Notes: generated by a model from the letters alone, not told the origin. DNA of 64,000 bases from a bacterium (GCA_963693055.1 OY843751.1:4192001-4256000), one strand, 5' to 3'. Positions 9,880-19,163 are shown, counted from the stretch's first letter. Numbers and translations are program-made.

Positions 9880-9909
9880 ATCCGTGTAAATCCGTGCCAA
9901 TCCGTGGCT
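9880..9909 (+). repeat. Decamer tandem repeat ATCCGTGnnn x3
   Basis: ATCCGTGTAA ATCCGTGCCA ATCCGTGGCT. Confidence 0.8.
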
Positions 9910-9918
9910 AAATAAATG

Positions 9919-9943
9919 GGTTCCAAGGCAGAGCCTTGGAACC
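9919..9943. repeat. REP-like perfect palindrome
   Basis: GGTTCCAAGGC-AGA-GCCTTGGAACC. Confidence 0.8.
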
Positions 9944-9999
9944 AGATAATATATAAAGTTTTGGACGGAGTAATATCGAGCGAGATATTCGGCCCTTTA

Positions 10000-10048
10000 C
10001 CTTCGATACTTCCGCCCGCCAACAGACGGACAGATACTCTGGAACCGG
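10000..10048 (-). repeat. REP-like palindromic element (same family as 3838-3888)
   Basis: Minus strand CCGGTTCCAGAGT-ATCTGTCCGTCTGTTGGCGGGCGGAA-GTATCGAAGG. Confidence 0.6.
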
Positions 10049-10077
10049 GCCTCGTTTTTTTCTGATTACTGACTACT
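10036..10077 (+). repeat. 31-bp direct repeat copy 2 running into a heptamer array
   Basis: 10036-10066 identical to 9640-9670; continues as TCTGATT ACTGACT ACT (10061-10077), 6 nt from the stop at 10084. Confidence 0.85.
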
Positions 10078-10083
10078 TTGGCC

Positions 10084-13000
10084 TCACGGCAAAATCATCC
10101 ACGACGGTGGGAACGCCTGTTTTTCGTATCCCGGTCCCTCAAAATAAAAATCCATGGATTCAGAGCCAACAACCTCATAATAGAACAAGTCCAAATCATG
10201 GCGCCCTTTGTCCAACTGGATCTTGCCGGAATTAATACGTTTAGCATGCGCGCCTGCGTCATAAACAATCGTCTTGCCGTCTATTTTCAACACACATCCG
10301 TCATTGGCATCACCATAAAAGGTATAAACACCGGGTGTCATAATATCAAATTTTCCGGCAAAACGGATTGCCACCTGATCACCCCGCCTGTCAATCTTGT
10401 TTACATCAAACTGAAAGGTTTTACCGGTAGATGCCACTTTAAAATCATAGGTCTCGGGATCCGGACCCAAATCACCCCACTCTCCATGATACACAGTATA
10501 CGCAATACCATTCACAGCAGGATCAATAAAACGTACATTTGCAGATGCAGGATAACTGGTTATAAATCCCTCTTTGACCATAATCGCCTGAATGGTGCAG
10601 TTTTCTTTAATCTCAACCGGACCTGTATATTTTGCAGATTCCACAGTAGGCTCGCTTCCATCCAATGTGTAATATATATCCGCATTGTTTGTAGCCCGAA
10701 TGGGGATGTACGCAGCATCATGTATGTGATACAATGTGTCCACCTTGTCAATAATCGGTACGGGTAAACGGACCGGCTTAATCAGTTCAGCAGCTCCCTG
10801 AGAGCTAAAAGTATATTTTCCAGAACCCACTTTATAAACCGCTCTATTGTCCTCTGCTCTGACAAATTGGGCGGCATCACTATTCACAGACACCCGCTCC
10901 TTATCCGTTGCAGGTACATATATTGTTGCCGTTGTATTGACAGGTATGTCCACATCCATTTTCAGGTTGCCCTTTTTATCGAGCTTCCAATGGCTTTTAA
11001 TCATACCGTAAAACGATTCTGTTCCGGCGTTCACATAGGTCAAATCCCCACAAAGGACGGGCTTGATGATGATGTGCTTGAATCCCGGATTTTCAGGATC
11101 CGGGTTAATACCCGCCGGTGCCTTAAAGAACCAACGAATTGTGCTTCCGTACATAGGGTGACTGTGCGAAAGCTTGCCGTCCCAATATTCCCACAGCGTG
11201 GTAACGCCTTTGCCAAGGATATAGTGACCATAGCTGGGAAAATCATGCTGGTTCATCATCATAAACGCAAGGTCTTCTCGCCCCATTTCCGTCAGCGTTT
11301 CCATTACAAGCGGCAAACCCAAAATACCGGTATCCAGATGTTCACGATTTTTAACAACATTCTCGACCAAGCTCTCAAAAACGCCATCAACATTCTCTTC
11401 TTTTACCATACCAAATGCCAACGGAAACGCATCCGCGCCCTGGTAACTGGTCCAGTATTGTTGATTTTTTTCATCATAAAACCGCTTGTCCAGTGCTGTT
11501 CCTATCATTTCCATGAGGGCCAAATGCTCATCGCGGTCAGCGGTTTTACCCAGTATGTCCGCGGTCTGAGCCACCAGCTTTGCACAGAAATAATAATAAC
11601 TGGTATTTACCAATGGCTCGGGGAGTTCAAGTGGAGCGGGAGAAGCCCAATCTCCCAGGCACCATGCGTTTGGTTCTTCCCGAACGACAATTCCATCCTT
11701 GTCTGTGCGAGTGCCCAGGTATTCCACCCATTGCTTCATGCCTTTATAATGTTTCTGCAATATTTGTGTATCACCATAATATACATAATAGTACCAGGGA
11801 ACAATCACATATGCCGAACCCCACGCGGGGCCGCCGCCTCCACCTTCATACGGAGCGGTATGCGGAACAAATCCGGTTTTCTTGTTACGGGCATCGTCAA
11901 TATCGTTCACCCATTTGTCATAAAACCGGGTCATATCAAAATTAAAAATGGACGATTCTACCAGAATCGATCCGTCACCGGTATAACCCAAACGTTCACG
12001 GTGCGGACAATCACTGCTAAAGCTGCCATGCATATTACCCAACTGGGTACGAATGTAATTCTCATGGATCTTGTTAAACAGCTCGTTCGAGCAGTTGAAA
12101 TATCCCACGGTATCCATAACCGTATTTACAACCCGTCCACTGATGCTGTTCAGGTCGAGTGGTACGGACGATCCCCGGATTTCTACCGTCCTGAACGCAT
12201 GCCAGGTAAAACTGGGTTCCCAGGTTTCCTGACCGCCTTTACACATATACTGATCACCCTGACTGTAGTCACTGCCCAATTCTTCTATAAAACGGAAACG
12301 CAAGGTATCTCCACGATTACCATTTATGTGTAATTTCACCCAACCCGAGAACATGTGTCCAAAGTCATAGACATATACATTATCTTCCGTATGTCTGACC
12401 GTTACCGGTTTTACCGTATTGATAATACCGTCCCTTGGGGCAAGCTGTGGTTGCAGCTTACCATCCGGTGCTTTTAACAGATTGGCCATCTGCCAACCCG
12501 ATGCATCGTATCCCGCTGAACTCCAGCCGGGCATTTCCATTCGGGCATCATAATACTCACCGCTGAAAATGCCGTCATGACGAATGGGACCCTCTGTGGT
12601 ATACTTCCAGCTATCATCACTCAAAACAAGTTGTCGCTCTCCATCGGCATATTCAATTTCGATCTGCATGATAAATCGTGGTGTATTGTACCACATTCTA
12701 CCCTCGGCACCGCGGTCACGTTGATTATACCATCCATTTCCCAGTACAATACCCACAGCATTGGCGCCCTGCTCAAGCTGACCGGTTATATCATATATAT
12801 TATAGAATATCCGGGTAGTGGATTGATCATCATAATGATAAATCAGACCCGAGAGATTCCGCTTCTCATAGTTTGTTTGCGCGGGGACCAGTTCGTCGTT
12901 ACCGGTCTCACTTCCATTCAAAAACATTTCATAATATCCTAAACCCGTCACATAAACCCGGGCTTGTTTAACAGGTTTGTCAATTTTAAATTCTTTGCGG

Positions 13001-13503
13001 AACCACGGGGCCGGACCGGTTTTCATCACAACAGGTTCCTTGATTTCCGATACCCCAACCCACTTGGCCTGCCAGTCAGCAGGATCCATCAGGGCCATCT
13101 CCCATTTGGCAATGTCACTCCATTTAGATTCGGTACCCTGTTCATCCCACACCTGTACTTTCCAGAATACCTGTTGGCGTGAATCTAATTTTTTACCATC
13201 CCATGAAATGTTTACGGATTGGTCCGAATCCACTTTACCGCTGTCCCACAAATCTGCGGAACCCTCTGCTAACAAATCAGTACTGCTTGCCGCCAGGATT
13301 TGATACGCGGACTGGCTGCGGTTGTGCCCGCCTGCTGCCAGTTTCCAGCTTAATCGTGGGGTTGCGCTGTCAATCCCCAACGGATCGTTTATATATTCGC
13401 AACGCAGATCTTTGACCTGCATGGATTTGTTCATGGATTGACAACCGGAAAACAAAAATATCAACATCAGTACAGACAACAAGACCGGAACAACCTTTTT
13501 CAT
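10084..13503 (-). CDS. Lipoprotein GH78 alpha-L-rhamnosidase with Fn3-associated and PA14 domains (paralog B)
   Basis: Lipobox LFSGC; DCPHRERLGYTGD; TTLWEYW; SHSHPMYG; IYYTLDGSEP; PA14 tail. Confidence 0.9.
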   Translation of the reverse strand: MKKVVPVLLSVLMLIFLFSGCQSMNKSMQVKDLRCEYINDPLGIDSATPRLSWKLAAGGHNRSQSAYQILAASSTDLLAEGSADLWDSGKVDSDQSVNISWDGKKLDSRQQVFWKVQVWDEQGTESKWSDIAKWEMALMDPADWQAKWVGVSEIKEPVVMKTGPAPWFRKEFKIDKPVKQARVYVTGLGYYEMFLNGSETGNDELVPAQTNYEKRNLSGLIYHYDDQSTTRIFYNIYDITGQLEQGANAVGIVLGNGWYNQRDRGAEGRMWYNTPRFIMQIEIEYADGERQLVLSDDSWKYTTEGPIRHDGIFSGEYYDARMEMPGWSSAGYDASGWQMANLLKAPDGKLQPQLAPRDGIINTVKPVTVRHTEDNVYVYDFGHMFSGWVKLHINGNRGDTLRFRFIEELGSDYSQGDQYMCKGGQETWEPSFTWHAFRTVEIRGSSVPLDLNSISGRVVNTVMDTVGYFNCSNELFNKIHENYIRTQLGNMHGSFSSDCPHRERLGYTGDGSILVESSIFNFDMTRFYDKWVNDIDDARNKKTGFVPHTAPYEGGGGGPAWGSAYVIVPWYYYVYYGDTQILQKHYKGMKQWVEYLGTRTDKDGIVVREEPNAWCLGDWASPAPLELPEPLVNTSYYYFCAKLVAQTADILGKTADRDEHLALMEMIGTALDKRFYDEKNQQYWTSYQGADAFPLAFGMVKEENVDGVFESLVENVVKNREHLDTGILGLPLVMETLTEMGREDLAFMMMNQHDFPSYGHYILGKGVTTLWEYWDGKLSHSHPMYGSTIRWFFKAPAGINPDPENPGFKHIIIKPVLCGDLTYVNAGTESFYGMIKSHWKLDKKGNLKMDVDIPVNTTATIYVPATDKERVSVNSDAAQFVRAEDNRAVYKVGSGKYTFSSQGAAELIKPVRLPVPIIDKVDTLYHIHDAAYIPIRATNNADIYYTLDGSEPTVESAKYTGPVEIKENCTIQAIMVKEGFITSYPASANVRFIDPAVNGIAYTVYHGEWGDLGPDPETYDFKVASTGKTFQFDVNKIDRRGDQVAIRFAGKFDIMTPGVYTFYGDANDGCVLKIDGKTIVYDAGAHAKRINSGKIQLDKGRHDLDLFYYEVVGSESMDFYFEGPGYEKQAFPPSWMILP

Positions 13504-13591
13504 AAGATTCCCTCAAAATTTTTACAGGTGTGTATTTTTTTTAATTAAACCAATTTTCACGAAATAAACAAGAGCAATAATTCAGCATCCT

Positions 13592-13712
13592 GGCTATCAG
13601 CATTCAGTCATCAGTTTCCAGTAAAGACTCAAGATATTGGTCTATTACAATAGTAATTGATCTAATAAATCTAGATTTTTTCCTGATTACTTACTACTGA
13701 AAACTGATGACT
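13592..13712. repeat. Inverted plus direct heptamer arrays
   Basis: GGCTATC AGCATTC AGTCATC AGTTTCC AGT (13592-13622) is complementary to CCTGATT ACTTACT ACTGAAA ACTGATG ACT (13682-13712), which lies 2 nt from the stop at 13715. Confidence 0.8.
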
Positions 13713-13714
13713 TT

Positions 13715-16700
13715 TCACATATTTTGTTTCCTGTCGCCAGGAATCATCATCCATTCTGGTGGGAACATTTGTTTTTCAAATCCCGGACCTTTAAAATTAA
13801 ATTCCATACTTTCAGAACCGGCTACTTCATAATAAAACAAATCCAAATCATGACGGCCGGCTTTTAGGTCTATTTCATCAAATTCTTTACGTGCGGCATA
13901 AGCACCCGCATCATATACCACCGTTTTTCCATCGATTTTCAGTACACAACCATCGTTAGCATTCGCGTAAAATGTATATCTACCCGGTGTTTTTATATCA
14001 AATGAACCCTCAAACCGGATAGCAACATAATCGCCCCGTCTCTCTATCTTGTTCACATCAAATTCATAGGTCTTGCCGGTAGATGCCACTTTGTATTTAT
14101 CAGATTCCGGATCAGGACCCAAGTCACCCCATTCTCCCTCATAAACCGTATAAGCAATTCCATTTACAGCAGGATCAATAAAACGTACCTTGTCGGCTCT
14201 ATCATAACTGTTTATAAATCCATCTTTAATGGCAACCGCCCGGATTATTGTATTGTCTTTAATTTCAAAAGATCCGGTATATATTATTGAATTCTCGTCA
14301 GGTATGCTGCCATCAAGCGTATAATAAATGTCTGCATCATTACTGGCTGAAATCTCTATATTCGCCGTATCGGGTTTAAAATAAAGCGTATCCACATTTT
14401 TTATGATTGGAGTAGGCAAGTGTACGGGTTTCATCAATTTTGCTGCTCCCTGGGACTTGAATGTGTATTTCCCTGAACCCATCTTGTAAACCGCTTTATT
14501 GTCCTCAATTTTGACAAATTGGGCGGCCTCACTATTGACTGACACCCGCTCCTTATCCGTTGCAGGCACATAAACAGTTGCTGTTGTATTGACAGGAATT
14601 TCCACATCCATTTTCAGGTTGCCTTTTTTATCGAGCTTCCAATTACTCTTGATCATGCCGTAAAACGTTTCAGTCTGTGTATTCACAAAGGTCAAATCCC
14701 CACAAAGGACGGGCTTGATGATGATGTGCTTGAATCCGGGAGTAGCAACATCAGGATTTATACCCCCAAGTGTTTTATAAAACCACCGTATCACACTGCC
14801 AAACATGGGGTGACTGTGAGAACTTTTACCATTAAATTCTTCCCACAAGGTGGTTACATTTTTACCCAGTATATAACTACCAAAACTCGGAAAATCACGC
14901 TGGTTCATCATCATAAACGCAAGATCTTCACGCCCCATATCTGTTAATACTTCCAGCACAAGGGGAGTACCCAAAATACCGGTATCCAGATGCTCACGGT
15001 TCTTTATAATATTTTCAACCATGCTTTCAAAAACACCATCAACATTCTCTTCTTTTACCATTCCAAATGCCAATGGAAAAACATCCGCGCCCTGGTAACT
15101 TGTCCAATATTGTTGATTTTTCTCATTGTAATAGCGTTTATCCATTGCAGATTGAATTTCATCCAATAGTGCCAGATAATGGACTCTGTCTTGTGGTTTG
15201 TCCAGAACATCGGCAATCTGTGCAACCAGTTTTGCGCAATAATAATAATAACCGGTATTTACTAGTGGCTCGGGTAGCTCTATCAATTCGGGAGTAACCC
15301 AATCACCCAGGCACCATCCGTTTGGTTCTTCACGCACGACAATGCCTTCCTTGTCTGTACGTGTTCCCAGGTATTCTACCCATTGTTTCATACCTTCATA
15401 ATGCTGCTGTAATATCTGTGTATCGCCATAATAAACATAATAAAACCAGGGAACAATCACATACGCTGAACCCCATGCGGGTCCACCACCTCCGCCTTCG
15501 TACGGAGCGGTATGCGGTACAAATCCGGTTTTCTTGTTACGGGCATCGTCAATATCGTTTACCCATTTGTCATAAAACCGGGTCATGTCAAAATTAAATA
15601 TAGAGGATTCAACCAAAAGTGACCCATCACCGGTATAACCCAAACGTTCTCGGTGCGGACAATCACTGCTAAAGCTGCCATGCATATTACCCAACTGGGT
15701 ACGAATATAGTTATCGTGTATTTTATTAAATAGCTCGTTCGAGCAATTGAAATATCCTACGGTATCCATAACAGTATTCACAACACGACCGCTGATGCTG
15801 TTTAGATCCAGTGGAATGGACGCTCCCCGGATCTCTACAGTCCTGAACGCATGCCAGGTAAAACTGGGCTCCCAACTCTCGCTGCCACCCTTGCATATAT
15901 ACTGATCAGCCTGACTGTAATCGCTGCCCAATTCTTCTATAAAACGGAAACGCAGTGTATCGCCACGGTTACCGTTAATGTTCAATTTTACCCATCCCGA
16001 GAACATGAGTCCAAAGTCATAGACATAAACATTATCTTCCGTATGTTTGACTGATACCGGTTTTATCGTATCAATAATACCGTCTCTTGGAGCAAGCTGA
16101 GGTTGCAGCTTGCCATCCGGTGCTTTTAACAGATTGGCCTGTTGCCAGCCAGACGCGTCAAAATCCGCAGTGCTCCAGCCGGGCATTTCCATGCGGGCAT
16201 CATAATGCTCGCCGGTGAATAGTCCATCATGACGTATGGGCCCCTCTGTTGTGTACTGCCAGGAATCATCACTAAGCAGAGTTTGACGTTCGCCATCAGT
16301 ATACTCGATCTCCATCTGTAGAAAAAATCTCGGTGTGTTGAACCACATACGGCCTTCAGATACCCGATCGCGTTGGTTATACCAACCATTGCCCAGCACA
16401 ATTCCAGCCGCATTTTTACCTTGCTTGAGCTGGCTGGTTACATCATAAATATTGTACAATACCCGGGTAGTGGATTGATCATCATAATCATAAATCAGTT
16501 TTGTCAAATCACGTTTTTCATAATTGGTTTGCGCGGGGACCAGTTCGTCATTACCGGTCTTGCTGCCATTAAAAAACAATTCATAATACCCCAAACCGGT
16601 CACATATACACGGGCTTGCTTAACGGGTTTGGTAATTGTAAATTCTTTACGAAACCATGGGGCCGGACCGGTTTTCATCTCGGCAGGTTCCTTGCTTTCC

Positions 16701-17155
16701 TCAACACCAACCCATTTGGCCTGCCACTCCTCCGCATTTAAAAAGGCCATTTCCCACTTGGCGGTTTCGCTCCATTCAGACTCGGCACCCTGTTCGTCCC
16801 ATACCTGCACTTTCCAAAATACCTGCTGGCGTGAATCCAACTTTTTACCACCCCAGGGGATGTTTACGGACTGGTCCGAATCCACTCTGCCGCTGTCCCA
16901 CAAATCTGCAGAACCCTCAGATAACAAATCAGGACTGCTTGCCGCCAGGATATGATACGCGGATTGGCTGCGGTTGTACCCGCCTGCTGCCAGTTTCCAG
17001 CTTAATCGGGGAGTAGTGCTGTCAATACCCAATGGATCGCTTATATATTCGCAACGCAGATCGTTGACCTGCATGGATTTATTTATAGATTGACAACCTG
17101 AAAACAAAAATGCCAACATCAGTACAATCAACAAGACAGGAATGGTCTTTTTCAT
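13715..17155 (-). CDS. Lipoprotein GH78 alpha-L-rhamnosidase with Fn3-associated and PA14 domains (paralog C)
   Basis: Lipobox LFSGC; DCPHRERLGYTGD; TTLWEEF; SHSHPMFG; IYYTLDGSIP; PA14 tail; closely similar to paralog B. Confidence 0.9.
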   Translation of the reverse strand: MKKTIPVLLIVLMLAFLFSGCQSINKSMQVNDLRCEYISDPLGIDSTTPRLSWKLAAGGYNRSQSAYHILAASSPDLLSEGSADLWDSGRVDSDQSVNIPWGGKKLDSRQQVFWKVQVWDEQGAESEWSETAKWEMAFLNAEEWQAKWVGVEESKEPAEMKTGPAPWFRKEFTITKPVKQARVYVTGLGYYELFFNGSKTGNDELVPAQTNYEKRDLTKLIYDYDDQSTTRVLYNIYDVTSQLKQGKNAAGIVLGNGWYNQRDRVSEGRMWFNTPRFFLQMEIEYTDGERQTLLSDDSWQYTTEGPIRHDGLFTGEHYDARMEMPGWSTADFDASGWQQANLLKAPDGKLQPQLAPRDGIIDTIKPVSVKHTEDNVYVYDFGLMFSGWVKLNINGNRGDTLRFRFIEELGSDYSQADQYICKGGSESWEPSFTWHAFRTVEIRGASIPLDLNSISGRVVNTVMDTVGYFNCSNELFNKIHDNYIRTQLGNMHGSFSSDCPHRERLGYTGDGSLLVESSIFNFDMTRFYDKWVNDIDDARNKKTGFVPHTAPYEGGGGGPAWGSAYVIVPWFYYVYYGDTQILQQHYEGMKQWVEYLGTRTDKEGIVVREEPNGWCLGDWVTPELIELPEPLVNTGYYYYCAKLVAQIADVLDKPQDRVHYLALLDEIQSAMDKRYYNEKNQQYWTSYQGADVFPLAFGMVKEENVDGVFESMVENIIKNREHLDTGILGTPLVLEVLTDMGREDLAFMMMNQRDFPSFGSYILGKNVTTLWEEFNGKSSHSHPMFGSVIRWFYKTLGGINPDVATPGFKHIIIKPVLCGDLTFVNTQTETFYGMIKSNWKLDKKGNLKMDVEIPVNTTATVYVPATDKERVSVNSEAAQFVKIEDNKAVYKMGSGKYTFKSQGAAKLMKPVHLPTPIIKNVDTLYFKPDTANIEISASNDADIYYTLDGSIPDENSIIYTGSFEIKDNTIIRAVAIKDGFINSYDRADKVRFIDPAVNGIAYTVYEGEWGDLGPDPESDKYKVASTGKTYEFDVNKIERRGDYVAIRFEGSFDIKTPGRYTFYANANDGCVLKIDGKTVVYDAGAYAARKEFDEIDLKAGRHDLDLFYYEVAGSESMEFNFKGPGFEKQMFPPEWMMIPGDRKQNM

Positions 17156-17342
17156 AGGGTCCCTTAAATATTTAATAGGTGAGAGATTTTTTTAGAATAA
17201 AACCAATTTTTACGAAATAAGCAAGAGCAATAATTCAACCACTTGGTTATCAGTAATCTCACTCTCATCTGTTTTCATTAAAACCCAATAATTTGGATCT
17301 ATCATAATAGAATTTAATCTGATAAATTTAGTTTTTTTAAAT

Positions 17343-17365
17343 TCTGATTACTGAAAACTGACAAC
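17343..17365 (+). repeat. Heptamer array (ACTGAnn)n
   Basis: TCTGATT ACTGAAA ACTGACA AC; short inverted partner GGTTATC AGTAATC at 17245-17258. Confidence 0.75.
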
Positions 17366-17370
17366 ATTGC

Positions 17371-17399
17371 TTGCCTTTTATATTTATTATACTTACCAT
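17371..17399 (+). promoter_or_regulatory. Putative sigma70 promoter of the lactate permease
   Basis: TTGCCT (17371-17376), 17-nt spacer, TACCAT (17394-17399). Confidence 0.55.
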
Positions 17400-17444
17400 A
17401 CCCTACTCATCATTAAACATCACAATACAGGAATACACCCGATT

Positions 17445-19100
17445 ATGTTTTACGCATTCTTAGCTGTGCTCCCCATTTTGACCGCCGCGGTCCTGCTGGT
17501 CGGATTTCGTTTACCCGCCAAATACGCAATGCCCATCGTATTCATTATCGCCATTACCGTTTCCATGCTGTTCTGGCATGTAGAATGGATTGTTGTGCTT
17601 GCCTCCAGTATACAGGGTTTGTTTATTACTTTTGACATTCTCTATATCATTTTTGGGGCAATCCTGTTGTTAAATACACTCAAATATTCAGGGGCCATAT
17701 CTGCAATTCGCACAGGATTTTCACACATCAGCGATGACCGGCGCGTTCAGGTAATCATTATCGCCTGGCTGTTTGGTTCGTTTATTGAAGGTGCATCAGG
17801 CTTTGGCACACCCGCTGCTATTGCCGCCCCACTGCTGGTTGCACTCGGATTCCCGGCCATGGCCGCTGTCATGATAGGGATGATGATACAAAGCACCGCC
17901 GTTACATTCGGAGCGGTGGGCACGCCCATCCTCATTGGCGTTAAAGGCGGGCTCGAAAATCCTGAGCTCCTGGCTCAACTCGCCGCATCCGGTCACGATA
18001 TGCAATGGCTGCTGCTCAATATCACGACCTATTCAGCAATTTTTCATGCCATCACCGGAACACTGATCCCACTGCTTATGGTTGTCATGATGACACGTTT
18101 TTTTGGAGAAAATCGATCCTGGAAAGAAGGTTTATCCATCACCCCGTTTGCAATATTGAGCGGTCTGGCATTTACAATCCCCTATGTTCTCACCGGTGTA
18201 TTTCTGGGTCCCGAGTTTCCCTCGCTTTTGGGTGCATTGATTGGCCTGCCTCTGGTCACCTGGCTGGCACATAAAAAAATCCTGCTGCCAAAAGACAAAT
18301 GGGATTTCCCCAATTCCAATACCTGGCCCGCGGAATGGCTGGGCAAAATCGAGATCAAACCCGAAATAAATCCATCCAACAAAATTTCCTTTGCCGCTGC
18401 CTGGGTTCCCTATTTATTTGTAGCATTATTTCTGGTACTGACTCGCTTGCCCAAACTGGGGATCGGTGCCCTTTTGAAAACCGCGGCCATCAAATGGACA
18501 CACATTTTCGGAACGCCTGTAACCGCGGCATCTACCCCTCTGTATCTGCCGGGTTCCATCTTGTTGCTCGTGGTATTGATCACAGTATTTCTGCACCGCA
18601 TGAATTTCAAAGCACTAAAGTCCGCGGTAATCGATTCAGCAAAAATACTGTTCAGCGCAGGATTCGTACTCGTTTTTACCGTCCCCATGGTACGGCTCTA
18701 TATCAATTCTGGAATCAACCCGGTAGACATGTCCAGCATGCCCGTTACCATGGCGCAATGGGTAGCGGATTCGGTGGGAGGCATCTGGCCCTTTTTTGCC
18801 CCGACCATTGGAGCGCTCGGCGCATTCATTGCCGGCAGCAATACCATCAGTAATCTCATGTTCAGCCTGTTCCAGTTTAGTATCGCAGAACAACTGTTGA
18901 TATCTGGCACCATCACAGTTGCATTGCAGGCTGTAGGCGCCGCAGCCGGTAATATGATCGCTATTCACAATGTAGTTGCAGCATCCGCAACCGTGGGACT
19001 CCTAGGCAAAGAAGGTGCAGTCCTCAGAAAAACCATCATTCCCACCCTGTATTACCTCACGGTAGTAGGATTGCTGGGGATGATCGCTATTTATTTATAG
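17445..19100 (+). CDS. lctP: L-lactate/glycolate permease (LctP family)
   Basis: Highly hydrophobic; [29 protein letters not shown] and [15 protein letters not shown] family motifs; start moved to ATG 17445 (the ORF-track TTG 17367 overlaps the promoter). Confidence 0.9.
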   Translation: MFYAFLAVLPILTAAVLLVGFRLPAKYAMPIVFIIAITVSMLFWHVEWIVVLASSIQGLFITFDILYIIFGAILLLNTLKYSGAISAIRTGFSHISDDRRVQVIIIAWLFGSFIEGASGFGTPAAIAAPLLVALGFPAMAAVMIGMMIQSTAVTFGAVGTPILIGVKGGLENPELLAQLAASGHDMQWLLLNITTYSAIFHAITGTLIPLLMVVMMTRFFGENRSWKEGLSITPFAILSGLAFTIPYVLTGVFLGPEFPSLLGALIGLPLVTWLAHKKILLPKDKWDFPNSNTWPAEWLGKIEIKPEINPSNKISFAAAWVPYLFVALFLVLTRLPKLGIGALLKTAAIKWTHIFGTPVTAASTPLYLPGSILLLVVLITVFLHRMNFKALKSAVIDSAKILFSAGFVLVFTVPMVRLYINSGINPVDMSSMPVTMAQWVADSVGGIWPFFAPTIGALGAFIAGSNTISNLMFSLFQFSIAEQLLISGTITVALQAVGAAAGNMIAIHNVVAASATVGLLGKEGAVLRKTIIPTLYYLTVVGLLGMIAIYL

Positions 19101-19105
19101 ATTAA

Positions 19106-19136
19106 TGTAGGGACCTGTCTTAGACCGGCCCCTACA
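19106..19136. repeat. GTAG-type REP palindrome
   Basis: TGTAGGGACCTGTCT-T-AGACCGGCCCCTACA; sister copy at 20980-21006. Confidence 0.75.
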
Positions 19137-19163
19137 AATCCCCAATTCTTAACCAAACTTTTT

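Noticed and set aside
9810-10022. 70-aa ORF on - in the repeat mosaic
   Set aside because: Translation of palindromes and decamer repeats (ATDWHGFTRM); TTG start without a clear RBS.
9531-10083. Possible CRISPR array
   Set aside because: Only two full 31-bp repeats about 365 nt apart, no regular spacers and no cas genes in the window.
10867-12333. 488-aa ORF on +, antisense to GH78 B
   Set aside because: Shadow of the GH78 reading frame; the equivalent regions of paralogs A and C are broken by stops and it has no motifs.
8870-16955. Three similar 108-aa antisense ORFs (8870-9196, 12977-13303, 16629-16955)
   Set aside because: Their similarity is fully explained by conservation of the GH78 N-terminal domain on the opposite strand.
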